A stretch of DNA of 64,000 nucleotides from Dudresnaya verticillata. Lineage: Eukaryota. A program made the translations under genes and the position numbers. A model generated the notes under the pieces. That model had not been told where the DNA came from. It saw only the letters and a program-made list of their open reading frames with translations, and did no database searches. The stretch covers positions 1,178,001 to 1,242,000 of the forward strand of contig OZ374557.1 in assembly GCA_977862235.1 (NCBI GenBank), in the 5' to 3' direction. This document shows positions 1 through 12,740 of this stretch, piece by piece; positions within the stretch are counted from its first letter, which is position 1; each line of letters begins with the position of its first letter.

Positions 1-2060
1 ACGTGCGATCGCGGTAGACTGGACACGGGTTCCCAGGTATTCGCTGAAGCGGGGTATCCAAACCACTTGACGCGGTAGAGGATCTCACCGTCTTCCGCGT
101 GTGCGTGCGACTCAACGCGTTCGATAACGTACTCCTTCTCGCTTGCAGCGGTCGACGTGGGCTCCTGCCGTTCTAACGCCTTGGGCGGTTCACTTCGTTG
201 CGTGATGGGCGTCTGCACCGGTTCAGCAAATCGTACTCGACGAGTCGATCGCCTGAGGCGCTGGGTCGGTGCCCCGAGCGCTTGCGTCGCGGTTTGTGGT
301 TCGTCGCTTTTGCGTACTGGATCCTCGCTTCTAGCGGCGTCCTTCGCGTTAGCGCGGTCTTCCTCATCGTCAATCGATGCGCTCGAAGCGGGACCTACCT
401 TGGTAGCCGGCGAAGCCGAGGTTGCGTGTCCCATTCGCGTACGGATGCCGGGACCCTCCTCCTCGTCGGGGACGGATTGCGATACACCGTCGTCGGGGTT
501 AGCGGCGAAGGGCGAGAGCTCTGCTAACCCTCGACTTCGTGGCGTTGCATTCATTCGCTCCTGCGAGTCGTCCGTGCTGCGCGGTGTCCCTGTCCCTCCT
601 GCCGGGTCCGCCTGTGGCGTGTCTGGGGTTCCTGCTCCTTCGTCGGTTGACGTGGGGGCTGTGGGCCCCGGTACGTGAGGTGGTCCCGGTGGCTGCATGG
701 TTGCGGGGGCTGTGTGCCCTGGTGGGGTTGGCGCCCATACCACGCGGTCCCGGGATAAACGTTCGCGTTCTCCACGTCCCTTGTCGACGGTGACTGTCCC
801 GTCGTCGACGTGAGTTACTCGATACGGTCCATCCGCCACCGGTGCGAGCTTGTGCTTGCGCTCTGAGCGATCGGTGCTCCCGCCGCGGGCGAAGTATTCC
901 TTCCGCACGAATGCGAAGTCGCCCACAGCGATGTTCTCCTTCGATTTCCTCAGACGAGTATCGAAGTTCCGTTTGTAACGCGCCTGCGTTTTCGCGAGCG
1001 ACGCGTTAGCGGTTCCCATCAATGCGGACAGCCAGGTTCGCCATTTGGTGTAGTACTGTCCGGCAGTGGGCACGCTTTCAAGCGACGGCTCCGCTTCCAG
1101 CGACAATGGCCGCGGGGGCTTAGACAACACCAGTTCGAATGGAGCGAGGTGGGTAGACGAGTGCAGTTGCGTATTGTATGCGAACGTCAAGGCATCGGTG
1201 AACAGATCCCAGTCCCTGGGGTGGTCTGCTACGTAGTGACGCAGGGAGGCGAGGATGGTTCGATTGAATCGTTCCACTTGGCCGTTACACTGCGGATGGT
1301 ATGTAGTGGTGAAGAGATTCTCCACCCCTAAGATGCGGCAGACGTCCTGAAACAACTTGGCTACAAATTGCGGCCCGTTGTCGGACAGCAGCTTCTTGGG
1401 TGGGCCATACACGAACACCCAGTGTCGAACAAACGCCTTAGTGATTTCCAATGCCGTAATCTTGCGTAAGGGAACCGTCCGGACCAGCTTTGAGAAGCGG
1501 TCCACGATGACGAGTAGGAACTTTTCCCCCCGCTTAGTGCGTATGAGCTCCCCACGTATATCCATGGACACAAACTCGAGAGGCTCGGTTGCTGGGAACA
1601 GATTCATCTCCTTCACGTTCTTTCGCATCAGTACCCGGTTCTTCGCGCAAGTAACGCAATTGCGGACAGTCGCGTAACAGTCCACCGACATAGACGGCCA
1701 ATAATACTCGCGTCGAAGCGTATGGTACAGCTTCCGCCCTCCGGGATGTCCTGCTAATTTGGCATGATGCCGGAGATGGAGCAATCGAACGCGTAACACG
1801 GATGGTACAACGACTTGGGGTCGGGCCTCGACGGTCCGAACCAATAGTCCCTGTTCATCCGTTGCAAACAGTAGGTTGTCTCCGTCGTCTAGAAGTTTCC
1901 GGATCTCGGAACAGTACTGGTCACTGCCCTGAGCATGCACCAACTCTTCATGCGTCAATTGACGGAGGAGCACTTCATCCGCCGGTGGCGCGTTGGTAAC
2001 CAACATCTGGTCAAACGCCTCGAAGTCTTGTTCGGAGAAATCGACTTCGCTCTTGGCGTT
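1..2060 (-). CDS. Integrase with GPY/F motif and C-terminal chromodomain (element A)
   Basis: Hand translation gives HAKLAGH...CVTC, VSMD, LSDNGPQF, NGQVERFNRTI, DGPYRV and EYVIERVESH...YRVKWFGYPASANTWEP. Integrase and chromodomain are in the same frame; the ORF is probably absent from the track because it has no stop inside the window. Confidence 0.9.
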
Positions 2061-4488
2061 TGACTATCGCTTTCTGCGTGAGCGTAGCCGTTCTCTGACG
2101 AGTGATCCTCGTCTCTGACGCAACTTCCGTGGTAACACGGGATATCATCGTCGATTGGTTCGACAGTTTCGCCGTTCGTCTGTAGACGTGAGAGGGCATC
2201 TGCCTGAGTATTCAGGTACCCCTTTTTATACTTCACGACGAAGTCGAACTCAGAGAGGCGAAGGCGCCATCTCATTAACCGTCCCGAGGGGTCGCTGATT
2301 TCCATGAGCCACCTCAACGACAAATGGTCCGTATGGACTACGAAGGACTCCATCTGAAGGTACGGTCTCAACGTCGTGATCGACCAGACTAGTGCTAAGC
2401 ATTCCTTTTCGGATACCGAGTAGTTGCGCTCCGGAGCGGTTAACGAGAGTGACCAGAAGCCAAGCGGCTTCTGTTCGCCATCAGGCTGCGTTTGAAAGAG
2501 TGCGCAGCCAACTTGGTATTCGCTCGCGTCACAATCGACGGAGTACGGTAGTCCTTGTTGTGGCAACGCCAGGATGGGCGGGTGAGTCACCGCTTCGACA
2601 AACGTACTGAATGCCCGAGCTTGCTCCTCGGTGAACGGTTGTAACCGGAAGTCTTGCTCTTTCCTTAACAATTTGTTGAGGGGAGCGGCGACATGCGCGT
2701 ATCGCGATACAAACCGTCTATAGACGTTGCATAATCCGAGAAAGCTCGGATTATCTTCTGGTCCCGCGGATGCTTGGCTTCGCGTAACGCGGCTGTGACC
2801 GTACGGTCTACTTCCAATCGTCCCGGACGTATCACATGGCCGAGATAGTTGACGGTCGGGGTGAAGAAGTCGCACTTGGTTAACTTCAATGTCACCCCGG
2901 CCCGATGCAAGGTCGAAAGGATCTCGTCAACATGACGGAAGTGACTGTCGATATCGTTCGAGAAGATGAACACATCGTCAAGGTAGACGAGGCATGAGCG
3001 CCACTTGTAACCAACAAGCAGGATATCGAGGGTCCGTTGAAACGTGGCCGGTGCGTTAGTAAGTCCGAAGGGCATACGTTTGTAGCGGAACAATCCGGCA
3101 TGGCACGTGAACACCGTCTTGTCGCGATCTCGCGGGTTGATGGGCACCTGCCAGTAACCACTATTGCAGTCTAGGGTGGTGAAGACGTTCGCTTCCCCTA
3201 GACTGTCAATACATTCATCGATTCGCGGGAGAGGGTACGTATCTCGTACCGTTACCGCGTTCAAGCGACGGTAGTCAACGCAGAAGCGGAGTGTACCGTC
3301 CTTCTTGGGAGCAAAGATGACCGGCGACGCCCATGGAGATTGTGCGGGTTCGATAACCCCCTGACGCAACATGCGATCCACCTTCGTTTGAGCGAGCTGC
3401 CTTTGCTTTGGGCCAGCGCGATAAGGCCGGGATGAAATCGGCCTGGAGCCGGGGAGCAAGTCAATATAGTGCTCCGTGGTTGCGATTTCTCCTAATGAAC
3501 CGTCCCACATCGACGAGTACCTGCGCAGCATCTCCTTCAGCCGTCCTTGATGTTCGGCTGAGAGACGACTCAGGTCCAACTCGTCCACTGACGGAGGTTT
3601 CGCTACAGTTGTTTCGATCGACTTAGCGAATGTATCCGGCTGTGCCGTTACTCCATCATTCGTTTGAAAACGGAAATCTTGATTCACCTCTTCCTCCGCT
3701 GCCTGCTCCTTGGTGATACCTAGGACATCGGCCAGACTTATGTGACTGGGGAACACTGCTGTGGGATGTGGAAACGCGGTAGCGATGACTTGTCCTTTGA
3801 CGAGCGCTTGCGGACGCGGGGAGAAGTTTGCGACGAGAATCCCGAACACTCTCAGTGGCTCTACCTGAGCGACCCCATTGGTAACGGCCAAAGCTTGCCG
3901 ATCGTATAACGTTCCAAACGGTTGAATGGTAATGACCCCTGCTCGCTCGGTTGTTAGCGAGATCCGCTTCTGCGCCTGTGGCGGGACGATTGTTCGTTCC
4001 GCGACGCGTATCTTGGGCGACGTTCGCCCTTTGGCCGTGCCGTACTCTTGTTCCGTTGGCAACGGGGGGTACGACGGGGGCCGACGCAGCGGGCGGCGCG
4101 TTATAGGGACACGGGTCCCGTCGTCCAACTCAATCTCTCGACTTCGCGGATAAATCTCTTCGACGAAGCGGTCGCAAAAGTCGCAACCGAGTATAACCTG
4201 TGCAGCGAGCCGCTCACAAACGATCAACTCCAACTTGACAACCCTTCGCCCGAGACGTACGACTAAGTCGATAGTACCCCTGATCTGAATCGCCTTGTTG
4301 TTAGCGTCTGAGATGACGGGGAGACTCTTGGATACGATCCGTGGTCGCGCTTCTAGCGGAATATCGTCAATACGGATGAAATTCGGACCAGCCCCCGTGT
4401 CGAGGACAGTGAGTTTACGTGCCAAGGTACCTACAGTTACGCCTAGATCCGCATATACTTTGTAGTTCCTTTTGGCCATTACGAACAA
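2060..4488 (-). pseudogene. Pol PR-RT-RNase H of element A (frameshifted near 2760 and 2050)
   Basis: LDTGAGPNFI (PR); LRFCVDYRRLN, MPFGLTNAPATFQR, YLDD (RT); DCDASEY, EKECLA, HTDH, ADALSR (RH), split over ORFs 2665-4488 and 1955-2875. Confidence 0.93.
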
Positions 4489-4668
4489 CTGTCCCCGGGC
4501 TTGTGGGGGGCTGTTACCTACGCCAGGGGCGCTTCAAGGACGTCTGTGACGAGTCTACCCGCCTATCGGCGTATTTGTTAACCAAGTTCGGGTCCTCCTT
4601 CCGTGTCAGCACCCGAGGCGGAAGACTCTCTGCTTGGTGCGACACCCAAGTGTCAGGAGTTGGTACCC

Positions 4669-7600
4669 TCATAATTTATTCGCCTGCGGCGGTTGTAGCG
4701 GCGCTGTGTAGCGATTGATCACCGTCGGATGACGTTCTGCTGCATGTGGCATAGGTCCGCCCCTTGGCGACGGCGGTCGTGCTGCACGGCGTGCTGCCTC
4801 GTGCGCAGCGCGTTCTTTGTACTGAGTGTACGCGTCAGCGGGGATCCCCGCCTTCTCGGCGTCTGTTAAGCCTTCGTAGTTGGCGATCGCTTTCATATAC
4901 TCGCTCATGCGGAGGAAGCAGTCCGGTGCGATGTGGCCACGGGCATAACACTGATGACAGATCAACTGTCTGCGAGCGTCTTGACGGAACGGACCCCTGT
5001 CTTGCCGACCAGGCCTCGCCCGATGGACGTGGGGGGCATACACCGAGTACGGGACGCGTGGCGCGGGCACAACGGAACGCCCAAAGGCGAGTGTAGGATC
5101 CATTGCCCCTGTGTCCTCGTCTTCGACGTAGCTGTCCGTTGGTAACGCTGACGTTGGCACTGACGCTTGTTCATCGGCCAAGTAGAGATCGCCATCGGCG
5201 TGTGTTTCCATATCGTCCGCATGACGGGTGACGTCACGGAACTCAACGGAAGACTCCGCTATCATAGTGCGTGCGGCAGGCTTCGTTCCCCTCGTCTGTT
5301 GACGTAGAACTGTTCGGTTGTCGCCAATGGCGGGGCGCAATGCGCGAGCGGCTTGGGCCGCGGCCATTATATCCCATCTTACTGACGTTGGCCCTGCCGT
5401 GCCTTGCGCGTTGCGCGTCGCCTTCGTCTTGCGCGAAGTGGACTAAACGTTCAAAAGACAACTCCGCCCTCGGCGTTTCTTCGCGGAAGCGGGCCACTAA
5501 GGACCTGATCATCGGGTCTAACCCATCGATGTACAGTGTCATCTTTTCCCATTCGGGATAAACGTTACCGCAACGAATACATGCGCCGGCGAGTCTCATG
5601 CCGTAAGTCGTTTCGTCTTCGCCCTGCTTCTGACTAGTCGACCGCAGGGCGAGGACAGCGTCTCGAATCGCCGAAGGCGTGGCGTACGTGCGGAGGAGGT
5701 AGTGCACCGCCTCCGGGTACGATGATACGCCGCCGCGGTGGCGAGAGGACGTCGATTTGACGGAGCGGAATTTCGTAGCTGCCGTGCCTCTTAAGAAGTA
5801 CGGCAGCGCGACGAACGCTTGTGCTTCGCTCATCTCTAGCGTGTCCACTTCATCCGCGAACCGCGTTAAAAATTCGAGAACCATGACGGGGTCGCTGCCG
5901 TTGAAGGCGGCGTCCTTCATTGTTAACTCGAGTCGCTTGATATGGTCTTTGACTGTAGTATAGCTGTCAGCACCCTACCAGCAGCGGCTGTAAGGTATGC
6001 TGGCAGCCCTGCACTGTAATGGTGCACACGATGACGCGCTGGCGAGTCGTGGTTGGGCAGCGTGCCCTTAGTTTTTTCATTGAATTAGTAGCGGTCGAAC
6101 GCATTGCTGCCGGCAGCGGCCGCGCGCCGTGCTGCACACGGCGCGCCCCTGTGACGCTCTCGGGCATCGAGCCGTTGAGAGGGCCGCCGCCCGTTGCGCC
6201 CCGCGCGCGCCCACGGGTAACCGTTACCCGGACGTGTCGACACCTGTATGGGCGCGCGCTCGCACACCTCCCGTGTTGGTGTTGTGGGGCGCATCTACTG
6301 TAGAAGTAGTCGTAGTGCATATATTGTAGGGTATTTAAGACCGTCGGCCATCGACGGCTCAGTAAACCGGGCAAGCAACAGCTGGCGCTGAAGCTTGCCC
6401 CCAGCCTTTTCGGGTTCGATCCCTTTGCCTTACGCCAGCGGGCGGTTTCCCTTCTTCCCCTTGCCTCGCTAGGCTTTCCCCTTTCCTTTTCTTTTCCGTC
6501 GGCTTCGTGCCGCACTTCGACAGGGACGCTGGGATCCGGCCGCTGCCTACCCGCGTACGGTACGCCCCGTGCGCGCTCCGGCATCGACGCCGTCGATCCG
6601 CACCTGCGGGGCGCACGCGGCCGACACCGCTCTACCAACCCCGACAGCTACCCATCGACGGGTCTGTGTGGCGGCTTCGGACCAGCAAGTATCAGACGTC
6701 GGATCGACCCGACGTCTATACTACATTGACCTTCCCGGTTTCTCGTCCAGAGCGCTTCTGTCCTACGTCTTGGAGACGGTATGTGCGGTACGATAGCAGC
6801 TGGTCGAAGAGAGGATTGGAGGGGCTTAGCTCCTTCAGTCCCTTGTATCGCTTTCCGCGGGGTCGTATTGCACTGCCGTGGGTCACGTGGTCGTCGTCGT
6901 CTGACGAAGAGTTGGTTGAGCCATCGTCACTAGACGTGTCCGAAGAGGATGAGGATGAGTCCCCTCGTCGGTGACGGTTCTTCTTCCGTCCATGACGCGA
7001 CTTGCGATTATTCTTGCCCCGTTTCTTACGATCTTTGCGTCGGCGACGGTCTTCCTCGGAACTATCGTCATCAGACGGCGGCTCTTGGCGCCATTTGGCG
7101 GTTTCCAGTCGCTCCAAGCAGGTTGCTAATCATTGAAAGCGTTCACGTGAACTCAGTTCGGACTGAGAGTGGACCGTCAATGCCGCTGGCTGCGGGGCAT
7201 CTACTCCGTGGTTGGGGTTCGTCATCGGACGGTCGAGGTCGGAACGGAGTCCTTGAAGGGCACCGTCCCGATCTTCTTCCAACGTCTGCAGACGGCTGAA
7301 AATACCTCCGACATTGTCGTCGAGCATCTCCGCGAATCGAGCGAGTACGTTACCGTCTTCGGCAACACATACTTCCCGAATCCGCTCGCGAGGTATCGTG
7401 AGATTACCAACGCGGGCGGATGCTGGGGACGCCATTGGCGGTGTGTGCGCGGGGGTCGACGCCTGCGGCGGACCTCCCGTGCTGCGCGGTTGCGCTAACG
7501 GCCTGGCCGGTGAACATCCGGCACTGCCGTGGGGTCGGGGACAGCAGCCCCTTGGGGTTGGTGATTCGTCTACGACGTCGCGCCCCGCAGGGCGTTCCTG

Positions 7601-7939
7601 GTCGTCGTTGACGAGTAAGGTTGGTTGGTGGACCGGAACTTCTGGTTGTTCCTCGACGATGTCGGCTTGGGCTCCGTCCTCGACGGGTCGCTGTTCGGCT
7701 TGTACCGTGTCAGCGGAATCCACGTGCGAGTGGTAGGTTCGGAGGGCCGATTCGTTGGGAACGGTGGTGCGAATAACGACGGGTACCGGCGGGGAAGGTA
7801 CTTCTCCCCTGTTGAGCGATATATGGGATTGATCGTGGCTTGGATCGGTCGGGAAGGCCGATGCGATCTCGGGGCTCACGAGGCGCCCAGACCTCGTTGT
7901 CATCCGCTGTAGCGACCGCTCTGACGCGGGGACACTCAC
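4669..7939 (-). pseudogene. Gag of element A, interrupted by a solo LTR and frameshifts
   Basis: CHQCYARGHIAPDC zinc knuckle; fragments align with D gag (31627-34248). Confidence 0.9.
5954..6725 (+). mobile_element. Solo LTR (772 bp) related to the element C family
   Basis: Termini TGTAGTATAG...CTATACTACA; 5-bp TSD TTGAC at 5949-5953 and 6726-6730; 3' part matches the reverse complement of 23152-23400; removal rejoins gag as GKVK/DHIKRLEL. Confidence 0.95.
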
Positions 7940-8110
7940 CGGCGTCGATGACGGTCTTCTTCAACTGGGGCCTCGCGACGGCGGCGGTCGTGAGGCCATA
8001 ATGCAGTCGTAGAGTTGCTTGAACGTCGTGGACGATTAGCGACGAACTTCTAGAGACGGAAGGTCGGACGTCGCACGACGGAGTAACTCGTTGAAAAGTA
8101 GCACACTTCT

Positions 8111-8124
8111 AGGTCGGGAGACCA
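8111..8124 (-). promoter_or_regulatory. Primer binding site of element A (TGGTCTCCCGACCT)
   Basis: Lies directly after the 5' LTR end; the same 14-mer follows the LTRs of C and D. Confidence 0.85.
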
Positions 8125-8126
8125 GT

Positions 8127-9039
8127 TTTAGTGCAAACGTCTTTGACGGAACACCGCCGAGCAGTTCGGGGCTCGGTGGGTAGCGACGACCGTGGCGATG
8201 AGTAGCCTCGCCTTGGGCGACTGGTGGTAGAGTGGTTGACTCGCCTTGGGCGGAATGTAAACGCCCGAGGCGGAAAGGAAGAACAAAAGAGAACAGAAAG
8301 GGAACACGTCAAGGACGGGTAGAGACGTGGAAGCACGGGAGGTAGACGCTTAGCCGTACGCAGCGGTAGGGTACGCGTGTGCTGAACGGGGAAGTCTGGA
8401 CCAAGGCCGGCTTGCCGGGGTTTACTGTCACGTCTGAGACGGATCAACTAAGTATAGAATTACCTAGCGCGGCGACGCGTGCGTAGGCGCCGCGCGGGGA
8501 CTCAGGACACGTGTTGTCCCGAGGCGCGTCCGACAGATCCGTCCGTCATGCAGCCACGCTCCTGATAGATCGCGCGTAGCTCCCCTGCTCGAGTCCTTAC
8601 ACCTACACGTGGATTACTTCCTTACAGCCGCATGCGCCTCATGGCGCGTGCGATCTTGACTCGCGCCAATCCCGATCCAGTCCGGATTCGGGCCAGCCAT
8701 GCGGGTGCGCCAAGCTTACAGGCGCGGGCCTTACACTTCCTAATCCCGATGTCGGATCCCGATGTGGGATCCCAATTGGATCTGGATTCGGGCCACGCTT
8801 ACAGCGAGCGTTCCTGCCACTGCGCCACGCGCGTACGCGTGGTGCCGTACAATGCCCCGGGTTCAGGCGTGCGGTCTGCACGCCAAGCGAGCCGTTCTGG
8901 CCCGAGTGGCCAGCGGCATGCGTCGGTGACGTGTTTGCGCCGCTGGCGGGTTGAGCGCGCCGTTGGCGGTCGTCCGTCGGTAGACGCTGCATATCAACCC
9001 GCTTGAAAGCGAAAATGAGGGACCCCCCCTGGCACTACC
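8127..9039 (-). repeat. 5' LTR of element A (degenerate termini)
   Basis: Reverse complement aligns with solo LTR 45146-46004. Confidence 0.85.
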
Positions 9040-11094
9040 GGAAACGGCACACGGAAGGCCCATCGGAGTCGGATACACGGGACCAGGGGACAGAAGTCGT
9101 GAAAGACACTGGCTCCGTTATCATCACAACCCTCGCAAAGCGCACGAAAGCGCACGAGATCTGGACAGACACGGCCATCGCAGGCAGCAACCTCTTCGTG
9201 AGTAACTCCGAATATAGCGAACTGATCCCAAGCGAAGTACAACTGCGCAGACGGAAGTCTCGGAGCACCCTCATCCTTTTCCTCCGAATTTCGGAGGACC
9301 AAACGAAGAACTCAGCTGCCAACCCCGATTCACGAATTGCGAATTCCATCCGCCCGAACTTATGTACGGACTACCGAGTTCAGCCGCACCCGAAGGCCCC
9401 GAAGCCCCGATGTCCACAATTGGTGGATTCGCGAGAGTCCGAGGCGCCTATTCACCGGAGTCAGCCGCAGGACCAGCGACATTCGATGAAGTACCCGAAG
9501 CCCTCGGAGGCACCGCAACATCCCGCGTGGGCTCCGAGACCACACGTTCCGCAGCAGCAGCGGGCTCACCATCGAGGCGAGGAAGAGTCGCATCGACGCG
9601 CTCTTCGTGGGACTCGGTTCCTTTCTCGTGACCCTTGTCCACCATCGCAGGGTACGTGACACGACATTAACCTCATCGCAACCCACGGAGGATCCGCAAC
9701 ACTTGCCCCAACACTGAGACCCGCAACCCACAACCGACCACCGCAAACCACCGAGGCCAACGAAGCATGCTTGTTGCAACAATACGAACACCACGGAGCG
9801 GAGCGAACGATGCGAGAAAAGATGAACTGACGCACCAGAGCACACGAAGGAGCCGACGGTAGATACAAAAACCGAGAGTCAAGGAGCTGAAGCGAGTTGT
9901 GTGTGAGCGCGATGACTGAAGAATCAAGGGGCTCGGACCCAACGCAACACGAAGTTGAAATAACCCACGCGGCTCGCACCCCGTCTCCATGATCCGGGCA
10001 CGCACGCGTCGACGGACGGCGCCGAAGCCCTAACCCGTTCTACATACGCGAAATATCTTCTTGATTAGCCAATACGAAGGCTCCATCGCACACGTGATCC
10101 GAATTCAAATTCGTAAGACCCGAGACACCGCTGCGCGACGACATGAGCTCGAAGCATTCTCCGCGCCGCTACTCGGATGGCTCCATCCGCGCTCCACCAA
10201 GGGAAACCAGGCCACGCCAATTCGTGATTCGTAACCCGCGACCGGGACGTTCGCACTTGAGGAGGGGGCCGTATGGTATAGACGCTGTGCGCGAAAGGAC
10301 TCCATGGTCTACGTGAAAATAGTCGAGAAATACGAATTCCGAAGTGACTCCGTGAATGCGCACGCTATGATGGCAAACGTATTACAGTGCACATACTGTG
10401 CGCGCGCCACGATGGCATTCGCATTACAGCACGCACGCGATACGAAATCGCTGACACCTCCGGACGAATTCCGAGTGGACTTCGTCATCGCGCGCGCCAC
10501 GATGGCATTCGCATTACAGTGCGCACCCGATACGAAATCGCTGACACCTTCGTGAGCTTCCCGTTGTTTCCTGCGCGTAACGGCACCGAGACCCACGACG
10601 CGTGTGCACCTCCGTATGCATCGCTGGCGCACTTCGTAACCGCCACCATACGCGAGACGACCGTTCGTTGGCACCGAGGCCGTTTCGAATCATTCGAGTA
10701 CGAACCGTCTTCCGCGTTGACGTGTATTCATGCTCACGTAGTATTACTTAGCCAGTCGTCTGGCACAACCTCCGAGGGTTTCCGGTAAGCGACTAGCGCC
10801 CGGACCTCGGAGTCTTCGGTAAACGCCTGTTTCTTCGAGTTCGGTGTCTTCGTCTTCGTGACCGCGGATACGGTCGAGCCTCGCTTTCGGTAGCCCTGCG
10901 CACCCGGAGTCATCCCCGGTGATCGATCGCTTGAGTTCTCCCTTCCGCGCACGAATACGTTGACACCGTGGTCCTTCGTGTTGGTCGCTCCGCTCTACCA
11001 CGCTACCATCCCTTTTTCTTTCTTCGTTAGGCTCCGAGGCCATTCCTTACAGTGCGAGACTTCCCCGAGTCACCGTGGACTTCGTTATTCCACA
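9040..11094 (+). mobile_element. 3' remnant of LTR retrotransposon family B: decayed antisense ORF region, PPT and 3' LTR (10272-11094)
   Basis: PPT GAGGAGGGGG at ~10259-10268 just before TATGGTATAG...TTATTCCACA; LTR nearly identical to solo LTR 42611-43454. Confidence 0.85.
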
Positions 11095-11720
11095 TTTCTC
11101 GAGACCATCTTTTCGGCTTCCTCCAAAGAACCTCCGGGTCGAAATGACTGTCGTAAAGTGACATGTGTAGCATGGTGGAACATCGGGTAGTTCGCAAAGA
11201 TAGTCTTCTCGTCTTGAAGCTTCTTCATTGCGTATTTCTCCTCACATTGCCAGACAAACTTGGTACAAGCGAAATCCAATAACAATTTCACCATGTGCGT
11301 TACCCGTTTTTCGAAGGTTGCGGCCTTGTCGCGGAATACGTGCGCAATGAGATCTCATTTGCATGCGTGCTTCAGTGTGGTTGTTGTCATGAACAAGAGG
11401 TCCTTTTCCTGATTGGCGATTTAGTTCCTCTCTCCTTACAATAGTTTTGGGAGATGTGTGGGGATAGATAGATCCACAAAACCACAAACTCCAACAACGT
11501 TACACTTTCCATTTTCATGATTGCAGTGTTTCCATTCTCCTGGACGAAATGAATGACTATTGGGAAATCATTATCGTTCTCATCGTCGCTTTCGGAGAGA
11601 GCAGGCGCTTCGTGAAACCTTTCCAGTTCACCTTGGCGTGCAGCGGCTCGCTCGTGCAGCAGATCGAGCGCTTCGCCAACATCGATAGAGGAATTGAAAA
11701 TTGCGCGGGATGGCATGCTG
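11095..11720 (-). pseudogene. PIF/Harbinger-like (DDE_Tnp_4-type) transposase N-terminal remnant
   Basis: FANYPMFHHATHVTLRQSFRPGGSLEEAEK resembles the F.N.P...YATDVTFQ...RP.G...E.K motif around the first catalytic Asp; upstream EFVVLW...RG.K helix; truncated at the family-B LTR. Confidence 0.55.
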
Positions 11721-12740
11721 GTGCTATCTCGGTTGGCCCTTAGAAGGTTGAGCGGTAGGTGTGACGGCGCTCTTTGGATCCCGGTAGGTAGGAAGGAGAG
11801 CAAGGAAGAGGGGTCGTGTCTCGATATGATCCTGGCTTGCGCGCGGAAAAGGTGCGATGCTAGTCGAAGGTAATATAGCGGGGTTTGCGCTTTGGCGCCA
11901 AAGGCACGCTCAGAGGTGGCCAAAGCGGCAGCGGGGTTTCCCGGGCGCGTGCCCGGGACGGGCATCGATGCTCGTGACGGACCCGCGCTGAGAAATAAGA
12001 CCCTCGACGGTCGTCTCAGAAAAAGGCGCGACCTTCGACGGTCGCGATAGTCAATGCTGAGCGCCAGCCCCTGCCGCAGTCGACAGTCGTGTAGAGGCCC
12101 AACGTAGTCGTTGATGGGGGCGCTCTGCCCCCTTCGACACCCACTGCACCCACCAAAGCGAGCGCCAAGAAGGGCACCGCTAATGTGGTGGTGGCGGTCC
12201 GGGCGACGTCGACGTCGACGCGTGTGGGGCGGACTCTGCCGCCCCTCGCCCTGCTGGAACTCCCCCGCATTCACAGCGTCGATTAAGTCTATGACGGCCC
12301 TTCGATGGCCCAGTCACCTGATCTCAATGCCGTGCACTGCGCTTCGACACGCGTGGGCGTGAGGAGCAAGCCGTATGGCGGACGCGACGCTAGATGCGCA
12401 TGCAGCCCCACAGCACACGCACGGCAAGTAGATTTGCGCGTGCGCTAGAACACTCGGCGCCCTGCGCGTGCGGAAGTGAATGCGCGGCGGTCTACGCACG
12501 CGCCATACAGTGGGCGGTCACGGCACTAGAGGCGCACGTGCCCTGTAAACCGTGGCGCTCTCTGCGCGCACGGTACTGTATGCGCGGCTGGCGACGCACG
12601 CGCAATACATTTTGGGGGCATCGCGCTAGGCGCGCGAACCCTATAATCTGGTGCGCGTCGACGCGCACGCAGAACGGGGCCGCCGCAGTGACGCGAGCCC
12701 CCGATGTTGTTTTTACGACGCAAGGCAGCATCAGAACCGT

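Larger units (their letters stand above)
1..9039 (-). mobile_element. Ty3/Gypsy chromodomain LTR retrotransposon (element A); 3' end runs off the window
   Basis: Minus-strand order 5'LTR-PBS-gag-PR-RT-RH-IN-chromodomain; internal region closely similar to element D. Confidence 0.95.

Noticed and set aside
10399..10552. Spaced repeats resembling a CRISPR array
   Set aside because: Only two ~60-bp units at 90-bp period inside an LTR, duplicated at 42745-42892; no cas genes
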